The notes below the pieces were generated by a model that saw nothing but the letters and a program-made list of their open reading frames with translations, searched no databases and was not told the DNA's origin. Of a DNA stretch of 64,000 nucleotides, positions 38,613-51,464 are shown in pieces. Position 1 is the first letter of the stretch; each line of letters begins with the position of its first letter. The position numbers and the translations under genes were made by a program. The DNA lies in the NCBI GenBank assembly GCA_973895155.1, contig OZ316892.1:944917-1008916 (forward strand), read 5' to 3'. This DNA is from Marsupella aquatica (Eukaryota > Plantae > Marchantiophyta).

Positions 38613-41449
38613 CTAAACTAAGGCAATGGTGCTGCCCCCTCCCGGTGGCTTTCGGATCCCGCCGATGGAATCCCGTCCTACAGGCTTATTGTCCGCAAAG
38701 ATGTCACTGCCAGTCATGTCCCGGAGTTTTGCATTGCTCAAATGGTGGTGGGAGTCGAGAACTGGAGCCGGGGGGTCGTTACTGAAAATGTCGTTTCCCT
38801 TGAGGTGCGCTGCCTTGGTGGGGTCCATTTTCTTTGCTGAATTCAGGAGCTCTTCATTGCCAAAATTGATCTGACTTTTGCCTCCCGCAGGCTGTAAGAC
38901 AAAAAAACATGCAATAAAAAGCTATTAGTGAAATCTGACCTCATTCAGCCCCGAGGAGGTGTATAGAGGAAGTATCCAACCTGGCTTTCAGTCGTTGCAC
39001 CAGCTTGATTCAAACACACCACTCCACTCAAGCAGCAAGGGCGAGTTCGAAGCTGGTCGATCCACTTCAGTCAGGTCCTCACACGAAACACGAAAGACAA
39101 ACTGACACACAGACTTACGTTGGAGACTTTTACAGAAGTACGGACATTCCGAGGTACTTCGCCTTGGACTTCCGTTTGCTGTTCCCTCACCTCCATTGCA
39201 ACGCGACGGGGTGGCGCATCAGGCGGCGCAGGCCCAAAAATGTTGCTGCCAACTAGCTCTTTGGCTTTCGCATTAGAGAAGCTCCGGTGCTTCAGGTCCA
39301 ATGTTGTCTCCGTGCTCCCACTTAGTTCTTTCTGCTTCGCAACCTCTGGAACGGACGTGGGCAGCTTCGGCGCTATGCACTCCTCTCCACCAAATTGTAT
39401 TTGACTCACTCCACCAGCAGGCTGCAATAAACCTGAACTTGGTAAACGTTCGTCCATACTTTACATTTCTCCAGGATAAATATTGACGACGCGAAAATTT
39501 ATGCATTTCATTCCCTTGTAATACCCTTCCAGAAAACTATGAGAGTTAAATAGTAGATATCTTGCAATGGCTAGAATTGTCCGCAGAAGGGATGACGCTG
39601 AAGCTGAGAGCTGGTCAGGTCATGACTGGAAGTCTGATTGCACATGTCACAGGGCTGGAGTACAAAGGGTGACAAAGATTGGAGCTTTGGAAAGACTTTC
39701 ACGAAAAGAGTCCGCAGGAAACAAAGTTGCATCTATCGGTTCCTTGGAACCACTAGTTTCACTCCAGTCAGTTCAGAACAAAGAAAGCTACGAAAATACA
39801 AACTTTGTTGAGGTCAGAGTAGACTATGTTAAGGCAGCTATAAACAGGACATCTCTATGGAAGGATGAGTCCAAGTTTCACCTGATGAAGACGAACGCAG
39901 GTCCTGTCTGCCGAAGTGATCCCATGTCCATTTTCCGCGCCATCAGCTCCTGCTTCCGCGAAGATTCCGCTGCCGAACATCTCTTTCCTCTTGACCTCGG
40001 ATCCTGGTCTCCTGCACCCGGCAAACAGAACCTCAGCTGGCGAAGTAGTTGTCACGGGAGCTAAAAGGAAGTGCTTTTTCGCTTTATATTTAGATGGAGA
40101 TAATCAGCATATGAGCATCCCAATTCAGTTAGAGGGTGAGTCTGCTGACACTGAATCAGCTGCACGGCCGAAGGCTTGGGTTTGAAATATTGAATTTCCT
40201 CTCATTTCTTTGCACTTGCCTTCAGAACCGGGGCGCCTGCACTAGAGGGTAAAACTGGTATCTGTACGAGATCCAAGAGGAGTGTCGGAAAAACGAAGCA
40301 ATTTAAGGGATAGGACGCCGTTTGAGAGTATTAGGAACTCAAATGATGAATGTCTCACACCTATTGTAGAGGTTTTAAGAATGCACTTCCTGTTAAAGTC
40401 CACATTATCTGAACCTAAGCTCCAATGAGGTTAAAAACGAATTACTGGAGGGACTTTCGACATTACATTGCGTGTCCTCGTAAGGAACGAAGGCTTTATG
40501 GCATTAACGGTCATGGAAGGACAAGGGCGGGCACAGTGTTTCCTACCGACGGGAATCCTCGAGCTGTACTTGTTTTCAGGTTTCTTTCTGTGCACTGAGA
40601 GTTGCGAAGGGGTCGCTGGACGGGGTAGGAGGAACGGAGGAACATTGACAGCACGTAGGAATCAAGAAGCGCTCCACAAATTAGGAACACAAAAGCTCAT
40701 GCGAAAGGTGGGGAAGCGTTTAATGTCTGCCAAACTAGAAGCAGATCCAGTAAGAGTTGAGGAGGCGAACAAGGAACAAAGTTAGATTAAAACATTTTTG
40801 GATAAAAAGAAAGTAAAGACGTTTGGTTACCTCCTGAGTAAAGCTTCGGTCTCTTCCGGCGTTTGCTGCTCACCGAATGTTATTGAACTGGCTCCTCCTG
40901 CAGGCTGCACGCTTACAATGGCTTGTAAGTATCCCAATCTAAGAGGAGAGGTCGAGAAATCGAGTTCCCTAGAGACGTATCACCGAGTTATATAGATACA
41001 CCTGGAATGTTGTCAATCGCTCAAGAGGAGCGCGACATTTCCTTAATCTCCGAGCAGGCAGGCTATGGAGACAAAAACAAGAAGACAAGAAGCTAAAACT
41101 TGTAGCGTCCCATGGTACGACCAAGATTTGCCAAGGAACTCGAGGCTCGTCTAGCAGACCTCGTTAAACTGCTGCAGAAGAGAAATCAACGATTCACAAG
41201 TCAAACACAATGGCGAGGGGTCTAGTCTGTCACCTGGTGCATTCGGATAGTGGGCCGACCTTCTGGACTTGTACAGCTCTGGTCACTGGCAGCAACAAAG
41301 GCCGCGCTGTCATTTGTGGCAGACCGGCGCACTATGGGCTGCCGTTGGGTATTGTCGGGGGTCTCGGACCAGCTAAAGAGATCAAAGGTTGATGGCCCCC
41401 CCGGGGGAGTGCCCCTCCTTGCCGTAGCGGGACTATTCTCCACAGGCAT
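38613..41449 (-). CDS. DUF4057 protein (HN1/Jupiter-like P-x-GG repeats), long isoform about 333 aa
   Basis: Exons 41449-41234, 40904-40831, 40011-39882, 39421-39119, 38891-38613 (1002 nt). Motifs: STFDLFSWSETP, repeated PAGG.S.I.FG, PEVAKQKELSG, AKAKELVGSNIFGP, LSNAKLRDMTGSDIF, RKPPGGGSTIALV. Confidence 0.9.
40125..40236 (-). CDS. Candidate alternative, duplicated exon 3a of the DUF4057 gene ending in an in-frame stop
   Basis: The acceptor ctagtgcag|G has the same phase as exon 3b. It encodes (R)RPGSEGKCKEMRGNSIFQTQAFGRAADSVSADSPSN*, against exon 3b (R)RPGSEVKRKEMFGSGIFAE.... Confidence 0.7.
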
Positions 41450-44400
41450 ACCTCAATGCAGATAGATGGACTCCTCAAGGTTGTACAGTTATTTTGGACA
41501 AGCCTCCGCCGTGCCTGCCCTTGCCTATTCTATAGGTAAGCACCTAAGCTGGAGTGAACGCCTTTGTTTGACGGATAAAACGACCAGGTAATCCCGTGGA
41601 ACTGGCAATGTCGTCTGCTCTGATGAGGCACAAAAGTATCTACCACTCAGCGACCACTTCAATTTTCAGTTCAAGGTGCCTCCTACTGGGCGCAGTCTGC
41701 AAACACATGCCAGACACACACAGAGGATCTCGGCACTCAATGTCAGGAATCAGCAGAAAAGGTCGAAGAGATAGGGAAAGAATGTGGAAGCATGCTCTGA
41801 AGTACAGCAACAAGAGAGTGAATGAATAAACAGTGGTGAGGACAACTCAAGCCCTCATTGACGACGAAACGAGACACAATAATGCCATACTCGGTGCGCA
41901 TTGCACAACTTACTGTCGAACTCTCCCACTAAGACCAACGAAGACAATGCGGATCAAGGCCGTACTCTCTTGCGATGCAATGCACGCTATCGAGCCAGAA
42001 CTGTAGAGCCACAGGCACATTCCACAGCAGCAGGAGCAGCTAAGCAAAGCAAAGCAAAGCACAGCACAGCACAGCCAACCCCCATGACGACGAGGACAAC
42101 ATTACAACAAGGACGACGACGACGACGTAGCAAATCTGGGGCTAACTCGCTCAAATCTGGCTCAAACGAGACAGGAGAACGTACGTAAGACGGACCACTC
42201 TCTAACTCGAGCTTTGGCTTGGAATGCAAGATCGGGACACCTCCATAGCCACAGATCGCTCCGCTCAAATCCACAAGATCTGCACTTACGAGGAATGACA
42301 GGGAGCGCGCGCACAAAGGCTACAGCTCTGGGACAGGGAACATCAACGAAGGCGCGAAACGGATTGGCACAAATGTTCAGACGCCCGCCCGCCCGCTCCC
42401 TGCAATAGTGCAATTGGTCAGTTACCACCAAAACTTACTTTACTACGACAGAAAACGTTATTACCGGCCTCACCTTTCACCGCTTACAGTAAAACCCCTC
42501 AGCGCCTGTTTTTGAAAACTAAGAAAGCGCGGTGCTCACTGCCTACACCCGGTTACTGGTCGGTCGCGCGGCCCTCACTTGCCAGCCGCCCTTCCCTTGC
42601 CGGTCGCGAGACCGGGCAATCATACCTTCAACCGGCTCTCTGTGGACGGTTCTCAGTTCTCACACCAATTCTCAGTTCCCTCGAATCGACGGTCACCTGT
42701 ATATAATTGTATTTGTATTTCTATATTACATGGAGTAACAGATTCAAAATTAAATGGCGAAATCGTCCCTCCGATTTTGGAGGAGAGCATTCGGCGAATC
42801 TTGTCATTGCTGCAGTTGAGTGACTCTCTCGACGGTCCAGATTGCTCTGTTGTAATGCGAACTCGTACTGAACCGGAGGTTTTGCCACGCGCAAGTGTAT
42901 CATATGGCACAGTGACGCACGGAACTTGGGTTTGAACGTTTCTTACGTCAGAATACAGTACTTTTCATCATATATTTCGAAAATATTTGTATTTTGTGAA
43001 GTGCGTTCCTGTGCCAAAGTAAAAGATCGTGCTTTTCCCTGGTTGTGTCTGGAGCATCTCGAGCTTTTTGGACTTTTCTATAGTCTTGTCCCTTTATTAG
43101 GTATGCTGCAGTTGTTAGAATCCCGAACTTTTTGGTTTTTTAAATTAATTTTCCCCCTTTATTGGGTTTTCTGCCGTTAGAATGTACACTTTTTTTTTCC
43201 TTTGGCTACATGGTACAATATTTATCTCCAGATTTTTGGGATAATTTTAATCTGACCATTAATTTATTGCATTTACAGCATTAGTTGCAAGGCGTCGGAG
43301 AAGACCCTTTCTTGCACTTGTAAAGGGTTTGCATTATGTAATAAGCGCAAACCATCGATCTTGCACTCACCAACGAAAGTAAGCACACGGGACGTTATGC
43401 TTCGAGAGACTTTGCTGTAATAGCAATACATAGTAGATATTGCACTTCCAGAAACTCTCTGTTTGAAGTTTATTAATCATATCTCTACCTAGAGGATGGT
43501 TAGTGTTATTTATTTAGTAGATAATTAACTCATGAAATATAATACTCTATGCCAACAAGTCTTGCATTTATCAATAAAGGGATCCCTTACCTTGTGGCAA
43601 TGCAAGTATACACTTATCAGCTTTTGGCGCTTACATGTGTATTGCCTAGTGAGAACTCCACTTGCATTCACCAAATTAAATTGCAAGAAGAATCAAAAAA
43701 CATTTAAGAAGGGAGAAAATATTGAGGAAGAAGCCCCACCTTGCAATAAAACAAATTTTGCACTTATGCACATTGCACTCATTGCACTTATGTACAATGG
43801 ACAAGGAACTTCCTAGCGGGGACGAAGCTCGAATAGGCAGGATCAAGAGGTTCTGAATGCTTGCAGAGTATCAATATCGTTCCGAGAAGGGGTCCATGCC
43901 AGCTCAGTTCTGAGTGTCGCGTCATGCTTGTTCCACGCATGTCAAACTGCTTTGAAGAACAGAACTGCCACTGGAGACTCACATCCTTGCTTCAGTGCTA
44001 CGAGAGTCTTACCGTACTAGCCTCCTGGAAGTTACGGGAACTTCCCCACTTTCCCTGCGTCGATGTTGAGGATCGACGGCTGAAATCGACGTGAGATGTG
44101 AACTGTTTTCGACTTCAAATGACTTTGAGTTTTGGCAGACATACTTTTGCCCCAACTGTATTCGCCAGCAGAGTGTCATCTCACGTGGTACAACAGTGAG
44201 CCGATTTCGCTCAATGAAGCACATAATCGGACCATTTGAGCGAACGTCTGCTTACGATTCCAACGACGACAGCGAGGGAGCGGCGAACTTGTGGTGCTAT
44301 TTGGAATGAAAATACAAAACCAGGCCTACCGAAGTGTGCGTTCTAGACAGAACCGGCTGGAGGGCGGTTGTGGCTACGGGCGACCGAATGTCGACCGGGA

Positions 44401-46734
44401 GTAGAGCTTCAGAATGATGGTGCGACCACATGGGGCGCAGACTGCGGCTGGCAGAGCAGAGTCGGGCTTTTCTGTTCGGTGGCAACTAAAAGTTCGGTAA
44501 CTATCGTCTCCGGCGAGACAAATATTTTTGTCAATCATTTCACGTAGTAAGATGGCACGTCAATGTTGTCCTAGGAGGGGATGTCGCTAACGTAACTGTT
44601 TCGGTTGGGAATTCGATATTTATTCCCCCCCTCCCCCTCCCCCCCCTCTCGAGCATTCCGAGCTTTGTGACGGTTCAGAGATTGTCATGTTTTCCGGCTA
44701 ATTTGCACCGTGCTGGGTGATGCCCGGGCTCATAGCACACAATCACGCCGCCCTAATCTGATGGGCATGCTACCATCAAGCTGCATTACAGTATGGAATG
44801 TTTATCTCAGAACAAGATCCTGTAGTTTTTTACTAGTGCAGTGAGGTCGAGTACTGGAATTTAAAAATCTCAAAAGAATGGACCTCGCCGCAAAGGTTGT
44901 GAATGTTTTTGTGCAATTTTTGCAGAAAGTTTTCTCAAAACAAACCGATCTGCAAACATTTTTTCTGAACCGAACCTGTCTGCAAACATCCTTAACCAGG
45001 CATGACAGTGGCTCTTTCGTGACAAAAAGTGGCAGCAAATGAAAGTATGTGAGTTGCGCAATAAAGTTTGTACCAAGGCAAGAGTGGAAAGGCAAGAGTG
45101 GAATAGACAAGGCAGTTGAAACGGAGACTTAAGAATGTTGAATTTTGGGTGAAACATTACTTTTGGTGGAGTACTTTCGAGCTTGAGAAGCGTACAATCA
45201 CTCCATAACCAAGACTTGGTTATTTGAAAGAACGGAGAGACTTTAAGAAGAAGGATACCATGTGCACAGAGGGAAATGCCGATTTGTGCTGACTTACAAA
45301 CCTGAACTGATAAAGGAGAAGAAGTTAGTCCCTAACCATTCACCTGTCAAAGTTGGACTTCTTGAGACACAGGCTCCTCTAACGTGGAAAGTGTTGATAA
45401 TGAGAAATGAAGAATTGAATACAAAGGACGAATGACAAGAGGCAGGATGAGTAACAACGAAAGAAAAGATCCTTGCCGATCACACAGAGCAAGAGAGGGA
45501 AGGAATCAGCATCAGCACATAACTTTGACTCGTGGGGAAGGTGTACTATAGCTTTAGGGAGTGTCTTTTCAGGTAATTGTTGGCTTAAGAAAAATTGCGA
45601 GTGTAGTCAGCGTTTGGAGGATTGCTCTCTGGAGAATTCTTGGCTCTCATACATTGTCAAATGGAGAGTTTTTAGCTTTCAACAAATTCTACTCATTGAG
45701 TTTTGTGCCCCAGAGAGGATCTTGCCGTTATTTTGCCATGTTGCTAGCTTTTCGTGTCGGTCCCTTGCTGTAATCAGCTCTGGATAATTGACCTTGACCT
45801 TCATGGTCATATACCTGATTGAATCAGTAACTGCAGAAGTGCCCTAGTGTACAGTGGGTTGATTTGTACAACATATTTAGGCAGGATACCCATTTGCTCA
45901 AAAGGCTGCAATTGTGAAAACTCTGGTCAAGAACACTACCGTTCTTCGTTGAGGTGCAGACCCACGTTTCCGTTGCTCTGTAAAAAGTTCATGCTTATTG
46001 ACCATTGGGATCACAGATCCATGTACACGATTACCTTTCTTTGAGCTAGGATCTAAGTCACGATTCCCATATACGGAATGACTTAAGTTCTGGCTCAAAG
46101 AAAGTCCCTGATGAGAGGACGAGCCACTGTTGGCGACACCAGTGCCTGGGCACCCAACTTAAAGTTATCCCAAAACCAATACAAAGACGTCAGCATAAAT
46201 TTGAGGATGGAAAGGGCAAAAATTGCAAAAAGTTTGGAAAGATAGACAGGTTCCTCCAACAATGTCTGACCCGTATCTGTCTGCACTGCAGACCTCGTGC
46301 AGTACAGTCACCAGAGATCAGTTCTATATGCGAAGCGAGTATACCAGATCAAGCCCATGTCTCAGGCCAATCCTCCTCGGCAAGCTCCACTACTAAATCA
46401 AAAGGATTGCTAACCTTGCCACTAGTCTTGGAGAATTTCAACAAACGTCACTGGGGGTATAAAATCCAAAGCTTTGGAAACTATAAAAAATCGTTAAGGA
46501 ATTGAAAGCCCCCTCTCCACCAATAACGGTAAAGATAAAGTCGTTCACTACAGAAGACATCGTGGACACAGAAATCCCCTAGAATAAGTAATTATGAACT
46601 TCATGTAGCCATGTTTAGGAGTTACTTCAAGAGAAACGAAAAGCCTATAACCCAACAACGGTCCTTACGAAACTCAAGAGGCAAAACTCTTGTCAAGGAT
46701 TCACCTTTACATTCAGTCTAAACGGGTCCAAGCG

Positions 46735-47169
46735 AGGGTCTAGGGTTGTCCACCATAGAACACTGGAATCACGTACTCAATCCGACAGTTCCGTGCTTCT
46801 ATTTCAACGAATGACTTGCTGGCTCTCCAGAATACGAAAAAAAGCAGAGTGCTTCCGAGAGAACCCGACCACAGCATTTCAAATTTCTGTCTACAGCAGC
46901 GCCTCGCGAATCGTGAACTTTCTAAGCTGGAGTGAACGCCTTTGTTTGACGTCTAGGGTCTAGGGTTGTCCACCATGGATCACTGGATCACGTACTCAAT
47001 CCGACAATTCCGTGCTTCTATTTCAACGAATGACTTGCTGGGTCTCCAGAATACGAACAAAAGCAGAGTGCTTCCGAGAGAATCCGGCGACGGCATTTCA
47101 AATTTCTGTCTACAGCAGCGCCTCGCGAATCGTGAACTTCCTAAGCTGGAGGAACGCTTTTGTTTGACG
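46735..47169. repeat. Tandem duplication of a ~215-bp unit
   Basis: agggtctagggttgtccaccat...ctaagctggag..aacgc.tttgtttgacg occurs at about 46735-46951 and 46955-47169, with scattered mismatches. Confidence 0.9.
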
Positions 47170-47882
47170 GATAAACCGAGCAGGTAATCCCGTGGAAATG
47201 GCAATGTCGTCTGCTCTGATGAGGCACAAAAGTACCTACAACTCAGCGACCACTTCAATTTTCAGTTCAAGGTGCCTCCTACTCGGCGTGAGGATCTCGG
47301 CACTCAATGTCGGGAATCAGCAGAAAAGGTCGAAGAGACGAAGGAAAGAATGTGGAAGCATGCTCTGAAGTACAGCAACAAGAGAGTGAATGAATAAACA
47401 TTGGTGACCCTAAACTCAAAACCCTAAACTCAAGCCCTCATTGACGACGAAAAGAGACACAATAATGCCATACTCGATGCGCATTGCACAACTTACTGTC
47501 GAACTCTCCCACTAAGACCAACGACGACAATGCGGATCACGGCCGTACTCTCTTGCAATGCAATGCACGCTATCGAGCCAGAACTGTAGAGCTACAGGCA
47601 CATTCCACAGCAGCAGGAGCAGCTAAGCAAAGCACAGCACAGCATAGCACAGCCAACCCCCATGAAGACGACGACAACATTACAACAAGGACGACGACGA
47701 CGACGACGACGTAGCAAATCTGGGGCTAACTCGCTCAAATCTGGGGCTAACTCGCTCAAATCTGGCTAAAACGAGACAGGAGAACGTCCGCAAGATCGGG
47801 ACACCTCCATAGCCACAGATCGCTCCACTCAAGGCTACAAGATCTGCACTTATTACGACCAATGATAGAGAGCGCGCGCACA
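47140..47882 (-). repeat. Direct-orientation duplicate of the DUF4057 5' leader/intron segment 41543-42314
   Basis: Collinear high similarity from cctaagctggag... to ...agcgcgcgcaca, with small indels. Near-identical spurious ORFs (MHNLLSNSPTKTN.DNAD.GRTLL) appear at 41901 and 47484. Confidence 0.92.
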
Positions 47883-48529
47883 TTTTTTATTTTCGGCAGA
47901 TCCAGGCAGCTTGGGTAAACTTCAAGATAGTAGAATGTTTGGGTGCATCTGTTGCTGGCCAATAAATCAGCTTTAATTTGATCAAATCCCAATAAAGGTC
48001 TAGGATAAGGTCTTGCTTTTGTTTCAATCTCATTTTGTAAACGGGCGACAAACAATTGTGTTAGGGTATTGTATTATTTTAGAAGTGAATGTGAAGAAAA
48101 AGGGCCTTATTTTGGATTGGTAATATGCTAAACATTCAAATTGACAAAGGCACTTCAATGGTAACCAATGGACAACTTGGCCAAATGCAAAAATATTCTC
48201 CTCCTATTCTCACATATATTCAATGAACCTGGTTGCTATATATTTAAAGATAAGACAAGTCTACTTAGAGGGGCTACATGGGAGCTTACTCAATTTCACA
48301 GATCCATATTATGTTAATTGCTGGTTGTCGTCATTTTGAACACAACAATTCACCAGGAAAATTTAGAAGTAGTAAGGATATTACTTGGGAATGCAAGTCT
48401 GGTCTAGAAAGTGGTCCCAACAGTCACTGCAGAATAGAATTCAGCTGTCATAGAATTACAATCTGAGCTCATTCTTGGACACAAAAGTGCACCAAATACA
48501 ATTATGTACACACTGAACATCTTAAGGGA

Positions 48530-51464
48530 TCTCCGTCAATGCATACATCCAAAACATGCTGGTATTTCTAGGATTACCGTGAATGTTGGGCACACGAACC
48601 AGATTGGCAATCAATTGTCTATAGGCCGTGGCACAATTCCCTGGAAAAATCATATTAGGGCCATTCTCCCACTGGATAAAGGTCCCCTCCAATGTCGTGA
48701 TGTCTCGCATATATCTGCCTAATTCCAGCCCTCCTGATTCGCCGTTGAGGGTTCCGAGAACATTTTGCTTGATTAGCACGTATGTGATTCAGATGCGGGC
48801 GCCAGAGTGGGAGGTCCAACCATTCCTCAAGGTGTGCGGGTGCAATAGGCCTCAAGTTCTGCTTAATAACATTCCAACCAATGCAAACATTTCTCCAGAC
48901 CTGCAAACCTTGTTGCGGGAGAGTATTACACCGTGAGACTACCATGAGTAGTCTTCCGTTCCCCATTTCTGGCTTGACAGCATTTTGATCTTCTGTTGCA
49001 GGATGTGACGGAGGGGGCCGTCAGCCAACGCCCAGAGAATAAAATTCCCTGCGAGAGCCCGGAATTGTGCAGAGAGTGATATTAGGCCCAGCCCCCCAAA
49101 ACGCTTGGACCAGGTAATCGTGGCAAAATTGACCCGAGGACGAGCCTGGATGTTCTGCCCAGCCCAGATGAAGGCCGTGATTTTCTTTTGTAAGGCATCC
49201 AGAGTGCTCTGTTGGCCCGCCCAAACCGTAAGCACATACCACAAGGTGCTCAATACCAAATGATTGACGACTGTAACTCGGGTGATGAGAGAGCCAGAAA
49301 TCTTCCTGATTTTATCCAATCGAGATTCGAGCTTCTCAGAGAGGGCAAGAATCATCCACTTCTCCGAAATGCCATGAGCAAAGTGGATCCCCAATAGCTT
49401 GGTGGCTGTGGAGGCGTCCTCCCATTGCCACGACAGACGTCGAAATTCAATGGGAATTCGCCTAGGAGAGATAAATGTTGCTTTTGTTTTCTCTCACATG
49501 CAGAAAGGCCAGACGCCAGCCGAACAATTCTAGAATATTTTTGCAAGCATTGACGTAATCCATCACAACTCTGATGATCATAGCTAGATCATCAGCAAAA
49601 AGGTTGTGTATGTAATGAACATTGACCGACGGTAAAAACACCTCCTGAATGGATCCCCTTTCAGCTTCCCAAAGAATCATGCGACTGAGGGCATCGATGG
49701 CTATCAAGAACAACAGTGGCGATAATGGGCAACCCTGTCTGACGGAACGTGCAAGTCCGAATGGGGTAGCCATCTTACCATTGACGAGTATTGACGATGT
49801 AGCCGAGGCGTGAGTTGCCTGCAAAAATTGTGTGAGCTGCCCACCAAAGCCCACTTTCTCCAGGAGAGATAACATAAAGCTCCACTCCAGCTTATCGAAA
49901 GCCTTAGTAACATCCAGTTTCATGAAGATGTAATCGAGACCAGTCGATGACGCTTGATGTATTGACTCATGATTGAGTAACATAAGTGAATGGTGTATAT
50001 TTCTGCCCGGGAGAAACGCGAATTGTTGGGGCGTAATAAAATGTTGGAGAATTGGTGTAAGGCGCATCTAAAAGGCTTTGGCCCCGATCTTATACATCAC
50101 GTTCAGCAGAGTGATGGGCCGCTTGTTAGTCAGATGACGTTGATCGTCCTTCTTGCTCAATAGAACAATAAGGCCTCTGGCGCATCCCGGTCTTCATGGA
50201 GGCGAGACTACAAAATGGAACGCATTTCATATGGGAGTACAAGCTTCAACGAAATCATACTACTTCCAACTGGCAACTTTTCCCTGAGGTAGCGACCCCT
50301 CTGAGAACCTTCAGTGTCAATAACGGGGCCCTTCGCAAGCTGGAGAACTTTCCTCCCCCGATCGATACCTTGCTGCACCGAGTGGTGATTCACTCAAACA
50401 AAAGGTCTGGGGTCTCGCATCAACTTATTGGGCGGACGGTTGGCCTCTTACAGATTTTGCTGCAGCACGAATGGAAGGATGGCACCCCATTCCTGGAAAC
50501 CAACACTACTCATCTACGGGAGATTCAGGGCCCACTGCCAACCACAACACATAAGGCTCTCCGGAAGTGGGCTGAACGCTTGACTTGGAACCCAAACCTG
50601 AAATTGTTGTGGGCTAATACTTGGCTACCCTTTCATGTAGCGGCAGAAAACTGTTTCTTATGGCAGCTTATTTATCGGATCCCGGCTACCTAGCACTGGA
50701 GGATGCCGACACTGCCAACAACAAACCCACTAACCTGGTGCACCCAATGTGATCTCAATATACAGGAGGATCTAATCCATTGTCTCTGGAGCTGCCCCAT
50801 TTCTTCATCTGTCTGACGTTGGGTACAGTTCATCCTACATAGTGCATCCTCCACGAGGAATTCAGCCATCTATCTGCAGGCGGCCCACATATTTTTGGGT
50901 GCCCCCCTCCCGAGCCCCCTCCAGGATGTTTGGGACACTCCTCTTAAACTTTGGCATACTTTGCGGGCCATTGTTGCTTGGATCCTTTGGAAGGATAGGA
51001 GTTCACATTTCATTGAGCATACTCGTTCGTGTGACCAAGTGGTCATCCGAAGATCCTAGCACCGCCTGGGGATTTACATCAGAAGAGGCTGGGCCAAACA
51101 GCAATTCAAAATTAAGACCGGTAAAACCTCTTTGGGCGATGCCAGCAATTACATGGCCCTCAACTATGGATCTTGGGATGGATTGTGGGAAATCCATGGC
51201 GATACCCTACAAGTACTGCCAGTGCCACCCTGTCCCCCATGATTTAAGTGTTGGAGTCAGGAGTAGAAGCTTGACTGCAGGCTAGACTGATATTGTTTTA
51301 CTTTATCACGGACCCACTGTTGGGTGCCATGCTGACACTGCTCACTGGCCGGTCTTTGGAGTGTGCCGCTCCTTCTGTAGTAGTTAAATTTCTGGTTTGG
51401 CTCCCTTCGTGCTGGGCCTGCTTCTCTTCTGGTGCCGGCCTCTCTGGTCTCTTGGGCAGCTCGA
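48530..51464. mobile_element. Degenerate 5'-truncated non-LTR retrotransposon (L1-like LINE) with an inverted 5' part
   Basis: The minus strand from ~50178 to ~48530 encodes RT (RGLIVLLSKKDD..KRPITLLNVMYKI, QFAFLPGRNI, KLDVTKAFDKLEW, SVRQGCPLSPLLF, LFADD, GGLGLI) with stops and frameshifts. The plus strand from ~50179 to 51242 encodes the ORF2 C-terminus with zf-RVT (FLWQLIYRIPAT, WCTQC...EDLIHCLWSCP, ending VPPCPP*), followed by a 3'UTR-like tract to ~51464. Confidence 0.85.

Noticed and set aside
43800-46700. Protein-coding gene in the gap upstream of the DUF4057 gene
   Set aside because: Only short ORFs without recognisable motifs or a consistent exon chain; an lncRNA or decayed element cannot be excluded.
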